Source of the DNA: Monocercomonoides exilis PA203
Lineage: Eukaryota > Protista > Preaxostyla
DNA length: 64,000 nt
Assembly (NCBI GenBank): GCA_001643675.2
Contig: LSRY02000011.1
Coordinates: 1,736,001-1,800,000 of the forward strand
Reading direction: 5' to 3'
Every line of letters starts with the position of its first letter. The first letter of the stretch is position 1. Below, piece by piece: positions 47,002 to 62,700 of this stretch. Below the pieces are notes generated by a model, which saw only the letters and a list, made by a program, of their open reading frames with translations, did not search any database and was not told where the DNA came from. The position numbers and the translations under genes were made by a program.

Positions 47002-47424
47002 CCCTGAATAAAAATCAAGCCCTTGAAAGTTTTATGAGTTTATATTCATTTGAAATTATTAAAAAAAAACAAACCCCAATCTTTCTGAATTCGTATAAAA
47101 TCAAATCCATGATGCACTTTCATATGAATGAGACAGCGTTGAATGTTTAAAAATTTCTAAGCACGCAAAGTTGAACATTTCCAGATGTGGTTCAAAAAGT
47201 TATATTTTTAATTTTTTTCGAATAAAAACAATTATTTTGATAAATTGAAACTACTGCTTAAATATATAATTATCACACTTTCGCGCAAAACAAACAATTA
47301 ACATCGGAATCCTCTGCTTCAGAATCAGACATTCAATAAACTTTTTTATGGTTAATTGTTTGTATATATGGGATGATCACAATTTTGGAATTGGTTTATA
47401 TTTTTTGGATAAACCCAGAATATC

Positions 47425-50187
47425 ATGAGTTATCTAAAACATAATTCAGCTCCAAAAGCATTATTGCACAATCTAACATATTATAGAAAGGCATTGGACA
47501 GTATCACCAGTGATCTTGAAGAAGATGGTGATAAAGAGAAGCAGACGATGTCAGCACAAAAATTTGATACGATCATGTCTTATTTCATGGGGGAGTTTAT
47601 TGTTACGCTTCGCAATATTTTCAAAATACCTGACAAAGGGTTTGAAATTGCATTATGAAGTGATTTTCATAGAATAACAAATTTTTCTTGAATTTTTTGT
47701 TATTTAATTTAATAAGCTTGCTTTCGAGATCATCAATACCAAAAAATAATCCAAAATGGGACAATTATAGGGCTTGCGTTAAAAAATACACACTTAGTAC
47801 ACTTCACATGCTTTTGCACTTCAAAGGAGTTGGAAATGAAATGGTGGCATATATTTATGCGCAGCAGTATCAATTTGTACCGTTTATTGCTTCATTAGAA
47901 TTTTCGCTGCGAATTCGCATAATCAGAGTGGCAATAGATTTTTTATGTTGCGATCATACAGATACTCAACAAAATGCATTTTTATTTTTGCACAGATTAG
48001 GAATGCTTCATTCTCCTTCATTGGATGCCATTCTTAAGCCAACATTTGCAAAAGTTACGGGTACATTTTCTTCTCCTTTTCCAAGCGTTTTTCTTCAAAA
48101 CAGTCTTGTGGAGCTCTTTTCAATAAATATGACTGAATCATATCGAGCACTATTCATTCTTCTTCGTGATATGTCCAAATCACTTAAAGAAGCTTTAGCA
48201 AATACAAAGGATAGCGCAGTATGACTTGATTGAATTTTATTTTTTATTCTTTTTCAAATTATTTTAAACATTAAATAATAATTTTTTTTTCAAAAACTCA
48301 CGAAAGACTGCCAAAAAAACGCTTATGTCATGGAAGCACATCAACAGAATGAAGCAAATTGGGCAAATTCTCACTCATTCACCATCATCTCATGATACAC
48401 TTCTCCGCCCTGACACATCCACATCATCTGCCAGCTCATCATCATATCTTGTTCTTCAACCTTTGCTATATCCATATATAGAAATATGCATTGGTACGGC
48501 CTCACTTTTCGGAGGATTCAGCTTGAGTGCAGTTCGATTGAAGTATATTTCAATGGTTCTCTCAGTTGTTGAAGGCTCTTTGCCTATTTATCAACAGATG
48601 GAGTCCGAGAACAAATCAGAGCAAGCGCAATCTGGTAAAAAGAAAAAGAAGCAGAAGAAGTCTGTTGCTTCCGATGAAAAGACTCCAGCAGCTTCGTATC
48701 TTCCTCTTTTAGCACCCGTGTCTCAGCTCATCCTCGATATCCTGTCAGCACACGAGCTGCAGGAGATGCCTCACCAAGCAAGACAGTCCAAGAAAACTTC
48801 GAGAGGAAGCCTGGGCTCAAATCTAAATTCCTTTGTGCCTCAACGAAGCCCAACGACAACGATGACACTTCTGCGTGTGATGGGTGCAGACAGCATGACG
48901 AAGAAGTCGAAGGAGTTTCAGACGGCTGTTGTGACAGAATGTGTGCAATGTCTTTACCAGCTGCTTTCTCTGCATGCAGGCTCTGTTTCCTATCCGGAAT
49001 ATGCGCAGGTTATCCTCTCCTATCTTTCGCGCATTGTCAGACGCATTACACTCTCTGAGCACAGACAGATGATCAAGGCATTTGAGGTCATAGCCACCAA
49101 CAATGCTGAGTGGATGTGCCGTGTGAGGTCTGAGGCAAGAGTCACTCCTGCTGATATCGATAGTATGTGTTATTTATTTTATTTCATTTTGTTTTAATTA
49201 ATTGTTTTTATAATAAAATGTGATTATTTTTTACTGAATGAATTTATTGTTTCCTGTTCTTTGTCGATTCCATTGTATTTATTTTGAACATGTTCATTTA
49301 TTCAATTATTTGTAATCTCATTTTTCTATATCTTTTTTTTTTTTATGTGTTTGCTTAACTGTTTAGAGTGCAATGAATTAGCTGTGTCTCTGATGAGCAT
49401 CACACTTGACCTCGAAAAACAGCCTCCGCTGCTCCGCTTCTGGAGACAGCGTCGGGCAGAAGTGGCCAAAAAACTGAAGAAATTAGAAGAAGGCGAAAGA
49501 GAGGCAGAATCGTTGATTGCTGCTGGGCTCAAACTTACAGAAGACAAAAAAAAAGAAGGAAAAAGCGAAAAGGAAAAGGAAAAAACTGAAAAAAAAGAGA
49601 AAGGAGATTCAGAAGAAAAAATAGACGAAGAAGAGAATGACGACGAAGATGACGATGACGACGATGATGATGAAACATATTTAAAGCCAAGAAAAAGGAA
49701 GAATGATGATGATAGCGATGAAGATATATCCGAAGAGTATGACGAAGAAGATGAAGAGGAAGAGGAAGAAGATGACGATGACGATGAAGTTGAAGGCTTC
49801 AGCGATGAAGACAGCAATGACATTGAGGGCAATGAATCTGCATCAGAAATATCGTCAAATTCAGAAGACGAAAGCAGCTCTGATGAAGTTGTCAAATTGG
49901 AGCTTCCAAACGACGAGGAGTTCAATGAAGCTGTTCGCGAGCAAAAATTGGAAAAGCAGAAAGAAGTTTTAAGAGAGGAAAAGTTGAAGGAGAAAAAGAG
50001 AGAAGCCATCATTCGAAGAAAGAAAGATGCTTTGAAGAAGCAAAAAGACGATAAACGTGGAGGGAATAAAAGTAAAGGGAAATCAGTAAAAGGAAGAAAT
50101 GGAAAGAAAAAAGGGTCCATTCACAAAGGCGAAAAGAAGTTAGCATCTTTTCGGAGAAATAAATATAAACGTGATAAAAAACATTAA
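47425..50187 (+). CDS. NOC2L: Nucleolar complex protein 2 homolog, multi-exon
   Basis: SWKHINRMK, LQPLLYPYIEICIG, SVSYPEYA, NNAEWM..R and PPLLRFW motifs plus an acidic/basic nucleolar tail, spread over four GT-AG-joined ORFs. Confidence 0.82.
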
Positions 50188-50740
50188 CTACTGTTCAAAT
50201 CACTTCACTTCATTTCACAAAAAGAGAAATTAAATGGATGATACTTTTTATGAATCATATTTATTTGGCTTTTCTTCAACAGCAATTACAAGGGAAAACG
50301 AAATAAAAAGAAAAGAAAAAGAATAATTTGCATCTAAAGGAAGTTAATTTTTCTTTTTCATTTCTTGCAATTATGCATTGTAAAGTTTTTCATCAGCATA
50401 TTGAATTTTCTTCAAAAGCTGTTGAAGCACTTCGATGCTTGCAAAAATTATGTATTGGATAAAAAAAAAAATCCAATTTCTTTTACAAATGATTAGGATT
50501 CTGTTTTTGTGTATATTTGGCGAATTGCCACAAAATAAAAAATCCAGAAAATAAATAATAAAAAAAAAAGTTAGCATTTAAAGATTATTGTTGAAATGAA
50601 AAAGTTAAACCCACAAAAATGAAGTGTCTTCTCTTTCCTCTGTGAGGAAACAAAAATCAAGAACACAGACCAACACATAACCCTCCAACACCTAGATTTC
50701 TTCATTCATTATCGTTTTCTCCCAAATATCCTCTTTTTTT

Positions 50741-53700
50741 TCATTTTTCCTCTGTTATTTCACTTCCACTCACGCTCTCATTCCCACTTCCACATCTGCC
50801 GCTGTCTTCTAATCCGATTGCATCCGAAACAGTGAAAGTCGCCATGCTTGCTGGACAGTATCGGATGAATTCTCGCTTCAGATCTCTCAGCCGTGGGCGG
50901 TTTTCTGCCTCAAACTGCAGCATGCTGCACACTGCATCTCGCAACTGGCTGTTCTCAACAACTCCCATGTTCGGCAGTCCTCTTTCTTTGATCATCCACC
51001 CAGCCATCTCTGCCTCAAACTCCCCAAACGGCACCTTCAGCGTCAAACATTCCCACAGCATCATCCCAATCGAAAACACAGCTGATTTCTTTGTTGCTCC
51101 CATTTTATTATTCATCAACAATTCAGGTGCCTTCCATCGCATGCACTCCTTCCTGTTGTCATCTTCATCCTCAAACGCTGAGGAGGGCAGAGAGTCTCTT
51201 TCATCATCGCTGGCAGATGTCGCAACAGTTGACGAAGAGATGGATGATGAGCCTGAATCCGAGTCTGACGAGCAGTCTGAATGAAGTGCAATTGTGATCA
51301 CCATGTGCTCAGAGAACAGAACAATGTGCGGACTCAGATTCGCAAGAGAAGAAAGAGGGTTTTCCATTTCGTCAAATGAGTGGAGTGCACCGTTCGCCAC
51401 CCAGAACAGGATCTGTGCTCCGGTCAGCTCCCTCTCCTGAAGAGTGCCAATCGCCATCTCCTTCTTCTCATTCCTTCCATGAAGCAGCATGAACAGCGAA
51501 TCCCTCAGATCCACAATCAATTTCTCATGAGGAACTGAGCATGCCATTGCATCCACCAGATTCGACATCGATGAGGTGGTTGGACACAGATCCTCCACAC
51601 GAACAAAAGTTGAATCTGAATCAGTTGTTGAAGTTGTTGAAGTGGATGAGACCGATGGAGATGGTGTTCTCTTTCTTGCTTCTTCCTCAATTTCCTTTTC
51701 ATCCACTTTCTCCAACATCCATTGAGGAATTTTGTCTGAGTCTCTTCCCAAAATATATTCAGTTGATCCACTCTCAGATAGAAGATGCTCTGATGACTCA
51801 GAATGTTCCATATTCGTCTCATATATTCTCTTCTTTATCCTCTCATCATTCTTCTTCTCTGCTTCCCTCTCCACTCTCCTCCACCTCTCTTCAGGTGACA
51901 TTTCCATCGTCATCATCTCAATCAGCTTCGGATCCTTCTTCACAGTATCCTCCACAATTATCTCCAATTCTTCGGTTCTTCTCTTTTGCTTTCTCCATCG
52001 AATAACAAACAAAATAAAACCAACAAATACAATCAAAAACAAAACGATCAACACAACCACAATAATAGGCCATATTGAACTTTCTTTCTTTTCTCCTTCA
52101 ACAATTCTTTCATCTCCATTTGCTTTGAGCTCACTTCTATTCTTCAGAATGAATTCTGTTGTTGATGAAGGAGAAACTGATTTTCCAAATAGAATGCTCA
52201 CACTCACTTCTGTTTGTTCTTCATCCCATCCAGTTCCAGAATCTTCGATTGATGAATGGACTTCGTTCTCTGATACAAAATTGTCTTCTCCAAATTCTCC
52301 CCTCACAATCTCTTTTTCATCTCCTCTTGTGAATGTGAGTCGCATCCCCAGGTCACACGGCATCAGAAGCTGCCCTTCAAACACAATATCTATCTTCTTT
52401 CCATCTTTCACTGTTTCCACATTTCTCAAAACAGGAATGAAAAATGGCGATGCCCTCTCGGTCGCCAGCCCACCAAGCTTGCAGCCATTGTCAGACGAAA
52501 TCCACATCGAAGTGTTCTCTTTCAGCCCGTCTCCCCCTTTCAAACTTTCAATCTCCAATGATGCGCTGCCAAAGCACAGAACATTCCTTCTCGCCGATTC
52601 ATAGTTTCTGATTCCTGCACTGTTACCCGCAAACTCCCCCTTTTCCACTCTTGCCTTCCCACCTTCAACGCTCAATCCCCCCATTTCCATATCTGAAATC
52701 CTTGTGTCCTTCAGCGTTGCTGTGCTGTTCACAAGCATCACAGCCGATCCATTCCATCTGCAGATCCATTCCTGGATATCCCTGAATTCAGCATTGCCAT
52801 TTTCAGTCGAGTCAATGCCTGTTCCTGAAAATGCACAGACATCCATCGTGACGTTTCTGCATGCATCCAACAAGGCAATACTCCCTTTCTGACTTTCAAG
52901 CGTGCATTTTGAAACAGAGCAGTTGCACAGCCTCAGCGGCATTTCACATGCCTTTGAAGCAATAATGCCACCTTCTGCCGAGGGGCATGTCACATTCTCA
53001 AAGACTGACGATGCAAGCTCAAAACCCTGGCTTTCCAAATTACCCTCAGCGCCTGAATTCTGCTGGGTTATTGATACTGCTGAATTCTCCAATCTCACGT
53101 TCGATAAATGCAAAAAATGGAATGTCGCTGAAATGCTTCCCACTTTAATCAGCGGAGAAGGCGATCCCAGTTCCAGACTCATAATCTTGAGGCCAGACAC
53201 AACAATCGATGCTGTTTCTGCACAAATGAGGGTGAACGGGATGATGCTAAATGATTCATCCGCAGCAGCAGCATTCGTTGAGGACTGACCAACAGAATGT
53301 GCAGCGAAACTGCAAGATGTGATTGAGAGACTCCCATTTTGTGCTTCAAGGAAAACAAAATGCTCCGATGCAAACGCTGCAGGAAACACAAACTGAACTC
53401 CTGTGAACCCCACCTTGCCTGCGGTGATGCCAACCGAAGAGCGCGTGCAATTCATTCCTGATGCAACATCAACACTACAAATCGTGCCCTCTGCTGCGCC
53501 CACCTGAACAGAATCAAAGTCTGCCTCGCCACAAAGTCCCGATGCTGTGTGCACAAGGAGCATCCTCGCATATCTCCCTGAAACATGCGCCAGCCCATAT
53601 TCCACAGAAAGGCACGGCAGATCAAAGGTGCCACACTGCCGCTCGTTGCTTCCGTTGCTGCCAGCCGCAGAACTCACAAAAATCGTGCTTGACTGGAATA

Positions 53701-56700
53701 TGCTGATGAAGTTCATCAGATCAACAGGATCTCGGTGAACAAGATCGATCCCAAAGATGGCATTCACCACATTGAACCCGTCTCCATTCACATCAATCTG
53801 GAACAGCGTCTCGTTGATCTGCGTCTCAATCGACTCACACCGGATAAAAATATCGTTCCCAACTTTCGCTGTGTTGGCTTTGAGCGTCATTCGCGAAAAC
53901 AGCATCTCAAGCGCTCCATTCACCCAGCTCTCCACATACACCCCGCCTCCTCGGCCACACTCCATCGAGCATCCACACTGAATAATGCTGCTGTCGCGCA
54001 TGCTCATGCTCCCGCCTTCCTGCAGCAGAAACAGCATCGCTCCCCCCTTCTCTCCTGCACCCGCTCGGCATCCTTCAAACCGCGTTCCATTCACTTGCAG
54101 TCGCGTGCACTCAGCGTCACCGTGTAAGCCAGAGCCTGCTCCTGTGCACTCAACAACAGCACTCCCGTTCCCTTCTCTTGTCACTGTGATAAATGACGAG
54201 TTCTTCACACGCGCTGTTGTGCAAATCACTCCATTTCCATATCTGGCACTCATCTCCTGACTCTGCCTCTGACTTTGATATTGCCCCTCCAAACTGCTCG
54301 CAAAACTGAACAAGCAGACATCCTCAAGCTCCACGTGCTCTGCAATCAGCCCATCAACATCGCACATGCGTCCCCCATGCACAGCAACCACAGCTCGGGA
54401 TGAATGAACATTTCTCATTTCATGATCTTTCATGGTCACCCCTCCGCTCTTCACAGTCACAAACCCCACATCGCTCGCCTCATCCACACCCACCCGTGTC
54501 TCAAATATGCACCCGAAAAACATCAGATCCCCGCTCTCGCTTGCCACCACTGCTCCTTCTCTGTTCCCAAACACCCCTCTGATCGAGATGCACACATTCG
54601 ACATGTTCAGCGTTCTGCTGTTTAAAAGCAACGCAGAGTCAGATCCATCCCCTTCTCCTTCACAAGCAATTCTTGACACTTGGCGCTCGCCAGTCGAGCC
54701 AGCTTCTGATGCGATGGAAAAATCAGAGACATCAAAGGAGTTGCGCAACAAGGCAGATTCTTCAATAAACAGCATGTGCGTTATGTTCACGCTGCTCGGA
54801 CTGAACTGCTGCATTGCCTTCCAGAATGTGCAGCATGGCAGTGCAGTGCCTCCACATCTTGCAACGTCAATTCCAGTTTCGGACATCGCAACTTCCATTC
54901 CTTCATATCCAACAAGGAATATCAGCAGATCAACTTGACCCAGCAAGCTGTCTCGGCCAACAAGCATGTTTTCATCTTCCATGGCTGAGCTGAAATCGAA
55001 GTCGAATGCATCTCTTGTCACCGATTTGTTGAGATCAGCTCCACAAACATACATGTTCTTCCCCTGGTTTGCATTGTTTTCACTCATGGTCATTTCTTTA
55101 AACGTGAAGGGGCACTCATTCGAAGAATCAGCACAATCAAGAAACAACCCTCCTCCACTCCCTTCAGTCCCAGAACACGAGCATCCTTGTATGGTTGTGC
55201 TTTCCATCTTCAATGAAAAGCTCATCCCCAATCCCAATCGCAATGCTCCACCTTCAGAAGATCCTGGTGTTGAGAGTCCTGCAAATGTGCAATTTGAAAA
55301 GGTCAATGCTCCATTCATGCGAAAGGGAACATTCACACAACTGACAGTTCTAATTGAGCATCCCTCAACTTGAACTGCCCCACCATCAGCATGCACAATA
55401 CTAAACTCCACTGCCTCAGACACCTCGCAAGCAAATGAACAGTTGAGAACATGCAGCTGAGAATGATCACTGCTCGATCCAATCAGCGCATTTCTCGGGG
55501 CTTCAAACCTGCAGGGAATCACAAAGCTGATACGGCACAGTTTCAGCGCTTTTTCATTCACAATAACAGCTGACAAATGGCCAGCTGGGATCGATGATTG
55601 GACTGCAACCTCTGCCCATTCAGACTCATTCTTTGAACAGATGACAAAGTTCGACAGATTGTACTCATCCTCGATCGATGCACTTCCCTCAATAGCAAGC
55701 TCCCTTTCCGAGCTGGCTGGATGTGTGTTCGAAACAGCTCGCCAGAACGAGCAACAAGGGAACGTATCATCCCCACACCCAAGGAGGTCAAGCCCAGTGA
55801 GAGATGAGATGCAGATCCGAGTGCTGACAAGCTGAACAAGAAACATATCCAAACTAACTTCATTCCCATCCAAAATCGTACGATCCCATCCCCACATATC
55901 TGCCGAGCCGTCTGCTTTGTCTCCACACACTCCCTCAAATCGCGCTGGAGCCACTGTCTCATTCAAGCTCTTGCACTCAACAAACAGATCTCGCCCCAGT
56001 TCAGCCACATTATCCGCAAACAAAATGGATTTCAGTAAGTAATCTCCGGAAAAATCATCCTCAAACGCAAACATTATTCCCCCACCTTTTCCTCCATTTG
56101 CTTCATTCCCAGGATGTGCCTCACACCCCTCGATCTCTGCGTCTTCAATGTGCACACAGCCTTCTTGTGACAATCCAGCACTCAGCCACCCTCCATTTCC
56201 TTTGCTGCAAGTGCATCGACAAAATGCACATTCATTTGTAACATCCAATCCACATTCGCCTTCCATGTGCACAACTCCTCCATCGATCGTGCTGCAATCT
56301 TCCATCGTGCTGTTCTCAATCAATAAATGAGCTGTGCCCACAACGCTCACCAAACCACTCCCAGCACCATTCACAAAAGAAACATTCGTATCAACCACCG
56401 CAACTTCTCCACTCCCCTCCACACTGAGAATTCCTCTTCCTGCTCCATAATCCATTTGCTTCACTTCCACATGATTCAGTTCAAGCTCTCCTCCGATGCA
56501 CAATGCAATCCACATCCCGCATTCTGCGCTTTCCAACTCCTGCCCTTCCGCTTGCCCAAATGTGCATGACACAAAATACGCCTTTCCATAACTCACCAGA
56601 ACAAACTCTCTGTGTGCTGTTGGAGGTGGAGGAAGTCTGAATACGATTCGCTCAATCGAAAGCACAATCTCTGGCACATATGCAGCAAGCACAATGTGCC

Positions 56701-59700
56701 CCGTGGAGCTGACATTTAGTGCTGAAGTGGCTCCTGCTCCATCGCCTCCTCGGATCGTCAGTGGCGCTTCATTCCGCTCGATCTCCATAACAAGCTCAGT
56801 TCCATGCATGATCTGCAAAACATCCTTCTCCGTCCCCAGGCACCCATATCCCACTCCCAGCTCGTTGCATGGATAGTCTTCCTCTCCACACGACTCATTG
56901 TAGCCATGCTCCGTATTCACAAAAATGATGTTGTCCTTTGTCGGAAACAGGTATTTCAGCAGAGTCGCATTCACAAGCGGTGGCTTCTCATTGTCCATCA
57001 CCCACATCGTCTTGTTTTCTTGCCCCTCCACGGCTGATCCCACCCACCGATTCCGATCAATCGTGATGCGAGGCGTCGGACACACCACAAACACATCCGA
57101 TCCCGGTCCTGCCTCGTTTCCTGAAAAATGCACATTCCTCATCGAGTAGCTCACTCCAGACGAATCAAATTGCAAGAAGAAGCCTCCTCCACAGCTCGCC
57201 TCTCCAACGAGAGTGCTGCGCTCCACGCTGTTATTCTCGCACACAACAACCCCATCTACTGCTGCTCGCATCTTCATGCTCCCTCCCTTTCCACCTGCTT
57301 CCAAGCATGCAACACCACTCAATCGACACCCCTTCATCTCCAGCTTCGCTCCTCCGCTCACATCTCCTGCCACCACACCTCCATCCCCGGCTCTCCTCAC
57401 AAGCTCTGTGAAGTTGCTGTTTTCCACCCTTGCGCTTGATGCTTCCGAAATAGCAATTACACAGTGGTTGCCTGTTGTGGCTGCCCTCACTGACGAGTTC
57501 TGCACATCGCCACTGCATCCTCCACTCAGCACAACAAGCCCTGTCGTGCACTCTGAACTCACCCCACTCAGAGTCACATTGTCGAGCACAATCCTTGCAT
57601 CGACTCCTCTTCCTTCCACCACAGGCACAGCTCCCATCCCAACATCCTGAATACTGAATGTTGAAAGTGATGCTGTGCCACTTGTTGCCTTCAAGAACGA
57701 ATATGATATCCTTCCATCCCCTGCTCTGCTCGCTGAACATTCATCCACTGCAAGCGTGCCACTGCTGCACAACATGAAACAGCAGCGACTAACCTCCACA
57801 AAGCTTGCTGGAAGAACAAACTCCATTCCCCGAAAAGTCGTGTTGTGCTTCGACTCCACAACACTCTCGCCTTCCCCACTTCCATCTGGTGAAACATTAA
57901 TTGTTTCACCTGAACCATCAGCACCCGCAACAATCGCAACATCCTGCCTGCCGCCAAGCACGATGCGTTCTTGGAATTCAAATGAACTTGTGAGCACAAT
58001 TGAAGCTGTCCCCTCCCCAAACCTCGCAGATGCTGCAAACAGAACACTCACACACGGATATTGTGCAACACCACACATCCGATAGTCTGCCGCGCCTGTT
58101 CCTGCATCTGTTCCTGCCACGCGTGCAAGTCCATCAAAATCCATCAGAAACACTGCCAGAGGAATCCCATATGACTCATTTCCTCCTTCAAACCCATTCA
58201 GCTCCTCAAACGTGCTGTTCGACTCCACATCAACCCCAAACCCAAATATCTCTGCCTTCACTATTTTGCTCAGATCATCCCCCTCCACAAACATGTTCTT
58301 TCCCAGCCATTCAGCCCTGTTCGCTTGAACACCTGCACCAAACAGCATTTCTGTAAATGCAACATTCTCCGCACTTCCCATGCATTTCATATGTACCGCC
58401 CCTCCAAGTCCATTCCCATTCCCATTCCCATTCCCATTTGCAATCCTAACAGCTCTGTATTCAGCCCCTTCTTTGCTTTCTCTTTGGCTCCCTATCCCTG
58501 CTTGGCACAAACAAAATGCAGATTTTGTCTCGATTCCTCCACCAATTTTCACGTGTGCACAATCTCCCACAATTATCGATAGTGCACCTCCACATCCATC
58601 CACTGCAGCTGCTTCACTCACTGTAATGTTCGATATCTCCACAACCGAAGATGCGTCCTCGGCATCACACCGAATCACACTCCCATTCCCCATCCCTCGA
58701 GTCACCTTCCCAAATGTGCTGTTTTCCACAACCAGAGACGATCCATTCGCATCCTCAATCACAGAGCAGCTGCTGCACCCCACATTCTCAACCACCACAC
58801 CTTCCATACTCATTGATCCACTCGATGAATACTCAAATACACTTCTCTCAGATGTCCACTCGCAATTGTTCACAATGCATCCATTCACCACACACACCCC
58901 TGTTCCACACACAGAGATCAGCCCAAAATGCTCCACTTTCAGCAACTCTGCCAAAAATTCAACCAATTCCAGCTTCCCTTTTTCCACAACGCAAAACTCG
59001 CTTCTTACGGCTGCTTCTGCACCTCTTGAAGCTGAAGTGCTCATGCACACTCCACATCCGCTCATTTTGCACATTCCACTGTCTGAGGAAACCACAAACA
59101 ATCCTTTCTCTGGCTGACGCATACAGCAGTCTACCGCAAACCTCACATTGCATATTCTCACATCCTGCTCAACTCCAACATATGCCTCAGCTGCACTTCC
59201 ATCCCCCAGCATCCTCATTGTGCATAGCGAGGATGAAGCCGAAGATTGTGGCTCTGAGCCAATTTGGCAGCCAAAAGAATCTCTCAGATGAAGATACTCG
59301 CAAAGGTCAAACTCTGCTGGAAGCAGAATCGACTTCTCAGCTGGCTGCTGCGTCAGTCCAAACGAAATCGTCTTGCACGGATATTCTGCAAACCCACAAA
59401 CCAGCACATCCTCTCCACCGCCTGCCACGCTCACATCCTGCTCCCTTTCCATCAAATAGAACACAAGTGGAATAGCCACATTCTCCCAGCGACTGTCAGT
59501 CCCGCACGCCGCATCTCGTGAGAATGGCTGGTTCTTGTCGAAGAACTGGAAGCTGCTCGTCGTGACAGCCAAATCCAATTTAGGTGCTTCCACAAACACA
59601 TCATTCCCAAACTTCGCTGAATTGGAAGTGAACGCAAGCACAGCGCCAAGCGTGAAAAAGGAAGTGGAGCTTCGAAGTGCCAAAAACATCGCCCCTCCCT

Positions 59701-62700
59701 TTCCGTTCGAACCAACACCAAACGGCGCTGAACATTCTTCCATTCCACAATCCCTCACATTCACCCCACTTTCTCCACCAATATCCACAGCCACAGCTCC
59801 TCCACACGCTGCTCCCCCAGAGACATGGCAATTCTTCATTGTGCAGTTCAGTATCTCTGCTTCCCCGCTCCCTTCACAGCCACTGTTTGCCTCACCAAAG
59901 CATATGCACGATCCATCTCCTGATGAGCGCGTGATATTGTCAAACGTAGAATTTGAAACCTCAACACTCTTGATGCATGTGGAGCACACAACGCCACCAC
60001 ATGGAAGCACAACATCCGAAAAGTTGCTGTATTTCACAGCTGCTGTGCCTGAAGACGAGATGTGCACCAGCCCAGCTGTGCTGCTTGTGGTTGTGCCGTT
60101 GAGCTGCATTTCGCTCACAGTGCAACTGCCCGATCCTGAAACCTCCACCACCGCAGCTCCCTCAAATACAACATTGTTTTCTCTGGATACAGCAAACCCC
60201 ACAATCGTAAGAATTCCACTTGATACGCTAATGAGAGAATAGTGCACGCGTGTTGTGTCAAGTGCCATGCTCATCGAGCAGTCTTTCACTCTCAGCGATC
60301 CAGATACACAATGCAAAAAGGATTTCTTCGCTCCAACTCTTCCACCAAGCTCAAATGTGAGGTTCGTAAACACAACCCCCACACTGCACATCACGAGCCC
60401 TGCTCCCCCTGCAGCATCCACCGATTCCACATGCACTTTCACACTTCCCTTTGCATCTGCATCAATGTCAAACGATCTCGCATCCAATGCCAATTCGTGA
60501 TCAAACGCAAACCCTTCACACAGTCGCAGCCTCCGGTCTGACTCTCCAAATCGCATCTGCACCGCTCCTTCCACACTCCTGCACGGATACTCTGCAAACC
60601 CACAGCCAGTGAAGTCTGCACCCCTCTCGTTGCAATTGCTCACATATGCCCGGGTTGAGCGATTCTCCCACAAATACACAACAACTGGAATCACAAACCT
60701 CTCGTTCGTTGTCGATCTCTCATACCCTTCCACACAGTGCACATCGCTCATCTCAATCCCAAATGATATCAATCTGTTCTCCACTGCTTTCTTCATGTTG
60801 TATGCATTCACAAACACATCTCTTCCTGCTGATGCAGAGCATCTGGTAAAAGTCAACCCATTCAATCTCACATCCACGCTTCCATCTCCCAAATGCAAAT
60901 ATATCCCTCCCCCTAATTTGCTTGCCACACATGCTCCGAATGCTACTCCTCCACTCGGTGAAGATCCATTCCCAACAGCCACTTTTGCTCCACTTTCTGC
61001 CTCCACACACATCCCTCCTCCATTCCCATTTGAACAACTGCACGACAAAAACGATATGTTCATCAACTCCACAGTCTCCCCTGCTTGCACTTTCACTTCC
61101 AGCACACCTCCATTCCCTGCTGTGCGTTCCACCCCTGAAAACGACACTTCTGCAATGTGCAGCTGAGCATTATCCACAAATGACAGCACAGGCTTCTCTG
61201 TCTTTATTTTCGAGAAGCACACTCTCTCAAGTTCCATTGACGCTCCGCTTGACAATATCTCAACCACACTGCATGTGAACGAAGAAACGTCCCCAGTGGC
61301 AGATGAGATCGTCATTCCTGCAAGCACCAATTTTCCATCCCTTGCAACTCTGAAAAGAGAAGTGGAAGACCACTTTCCCGAGGAATGGATAATGTCCACT
61401 CCTTCCACACTCAACAACCCTTCAACAACATTGCAGAATACCTCTGCTGATGTGCTTGTCGTGATGGCCGGCCTGCTGGCTTGTTCTTGTGAAGGAAACT
61501 TTGCTTTCACCACAATATACTGCATGTCCACCTCAATGTGCCCAACGGTAAATCCTTCGCTGTGAAGCAGAATCCGTTGGCTCAGCACCGAGATCGAACG
61601 AGTCAGCGCATGGTCAACGGTTTTGCATTCGCTTCCTTCTCCTCCGCACGACGCCAGGTCTTCTCCTGCCCCCTTCACATTGATCTCCACAGGAGAAGGA
61701 TCAGGCAGCCAATCTGCCTCATTGTTAGCACTGCTGCACGATCCTGATTTGGGGCAATGAATAAATCGAGGCTGTTGACTCGAAGAAAAGCAACTCACAA
61801 ATTGACTTTTGTTCACTTTATCAGCCATTGATGAGACTGCTTGCACATCATTTCCCAAAGGTGATGTGTTGTTTCGAAAAAGCAAAAATTTCCAAAGCAT
61901 CGAAGTATTTTCACCTGAGCTATGAAGATAAATTGCTCCACCGTTACTTGATGTTGAATGCTCAAACAAAGAATCAAATATTAAGAATGGGCCTTTGGGA
62001 TATGGAACGCCAAGGCATCCACCTGTTCCATTACAATGGCAATTAGAAAAAGTGCTGTTCGATAAAAGATTATCTATTGGAGATCCTTCGCTGTTCATTG
62101 CTCCAAAAAAACTTCCTGATGTGCAATTTACAAATACGCAGGATTTCGTTAAATGATGATTTCCATGCCAGTAAGTAATTGCACCATCTGCGCTTTCGGC
62201 TTTGCATCCGCAGAAATCAGAATCGCAAACAAAGCAATGCGAAAAATAGCTACAAAACATTGCTCCACCCCTATCCATAGAATGGCAATCTTTGAAAGTG
62301 CATCGATAAACACACAGAGAACCGTTTCCACCCACATATATTGCTCCTCCTTGACCTTCAGACGTAAATGTGAATAAAGAGTCATTGAAAGAACAGGATT
62401 TATTGGAATAAGTTACACGCGAAGGATGACGCTGGCGAGTATCGTTGCTGAGTCCTCTGTTGCAAAACAAAAACGAGCAGTTGGTGCACACAAGGCTGTT
62501 TTCAGGCGCATTCACAGACCGAACAATTCCGCCATCATACACATTCTTCACGTTCGTGAACACAGTGTTGCTCATAGATGTTTCCCTTGGATCAAGTCGG
62601 TAATCGTTTGGCAAGCGGAAATTAGGTGATAATGTGATGTTGGAGAAAGTTGATCGATGAATGTTTGCTGAAATGAATGGTGCAGAAGGAAGAAAAGGCG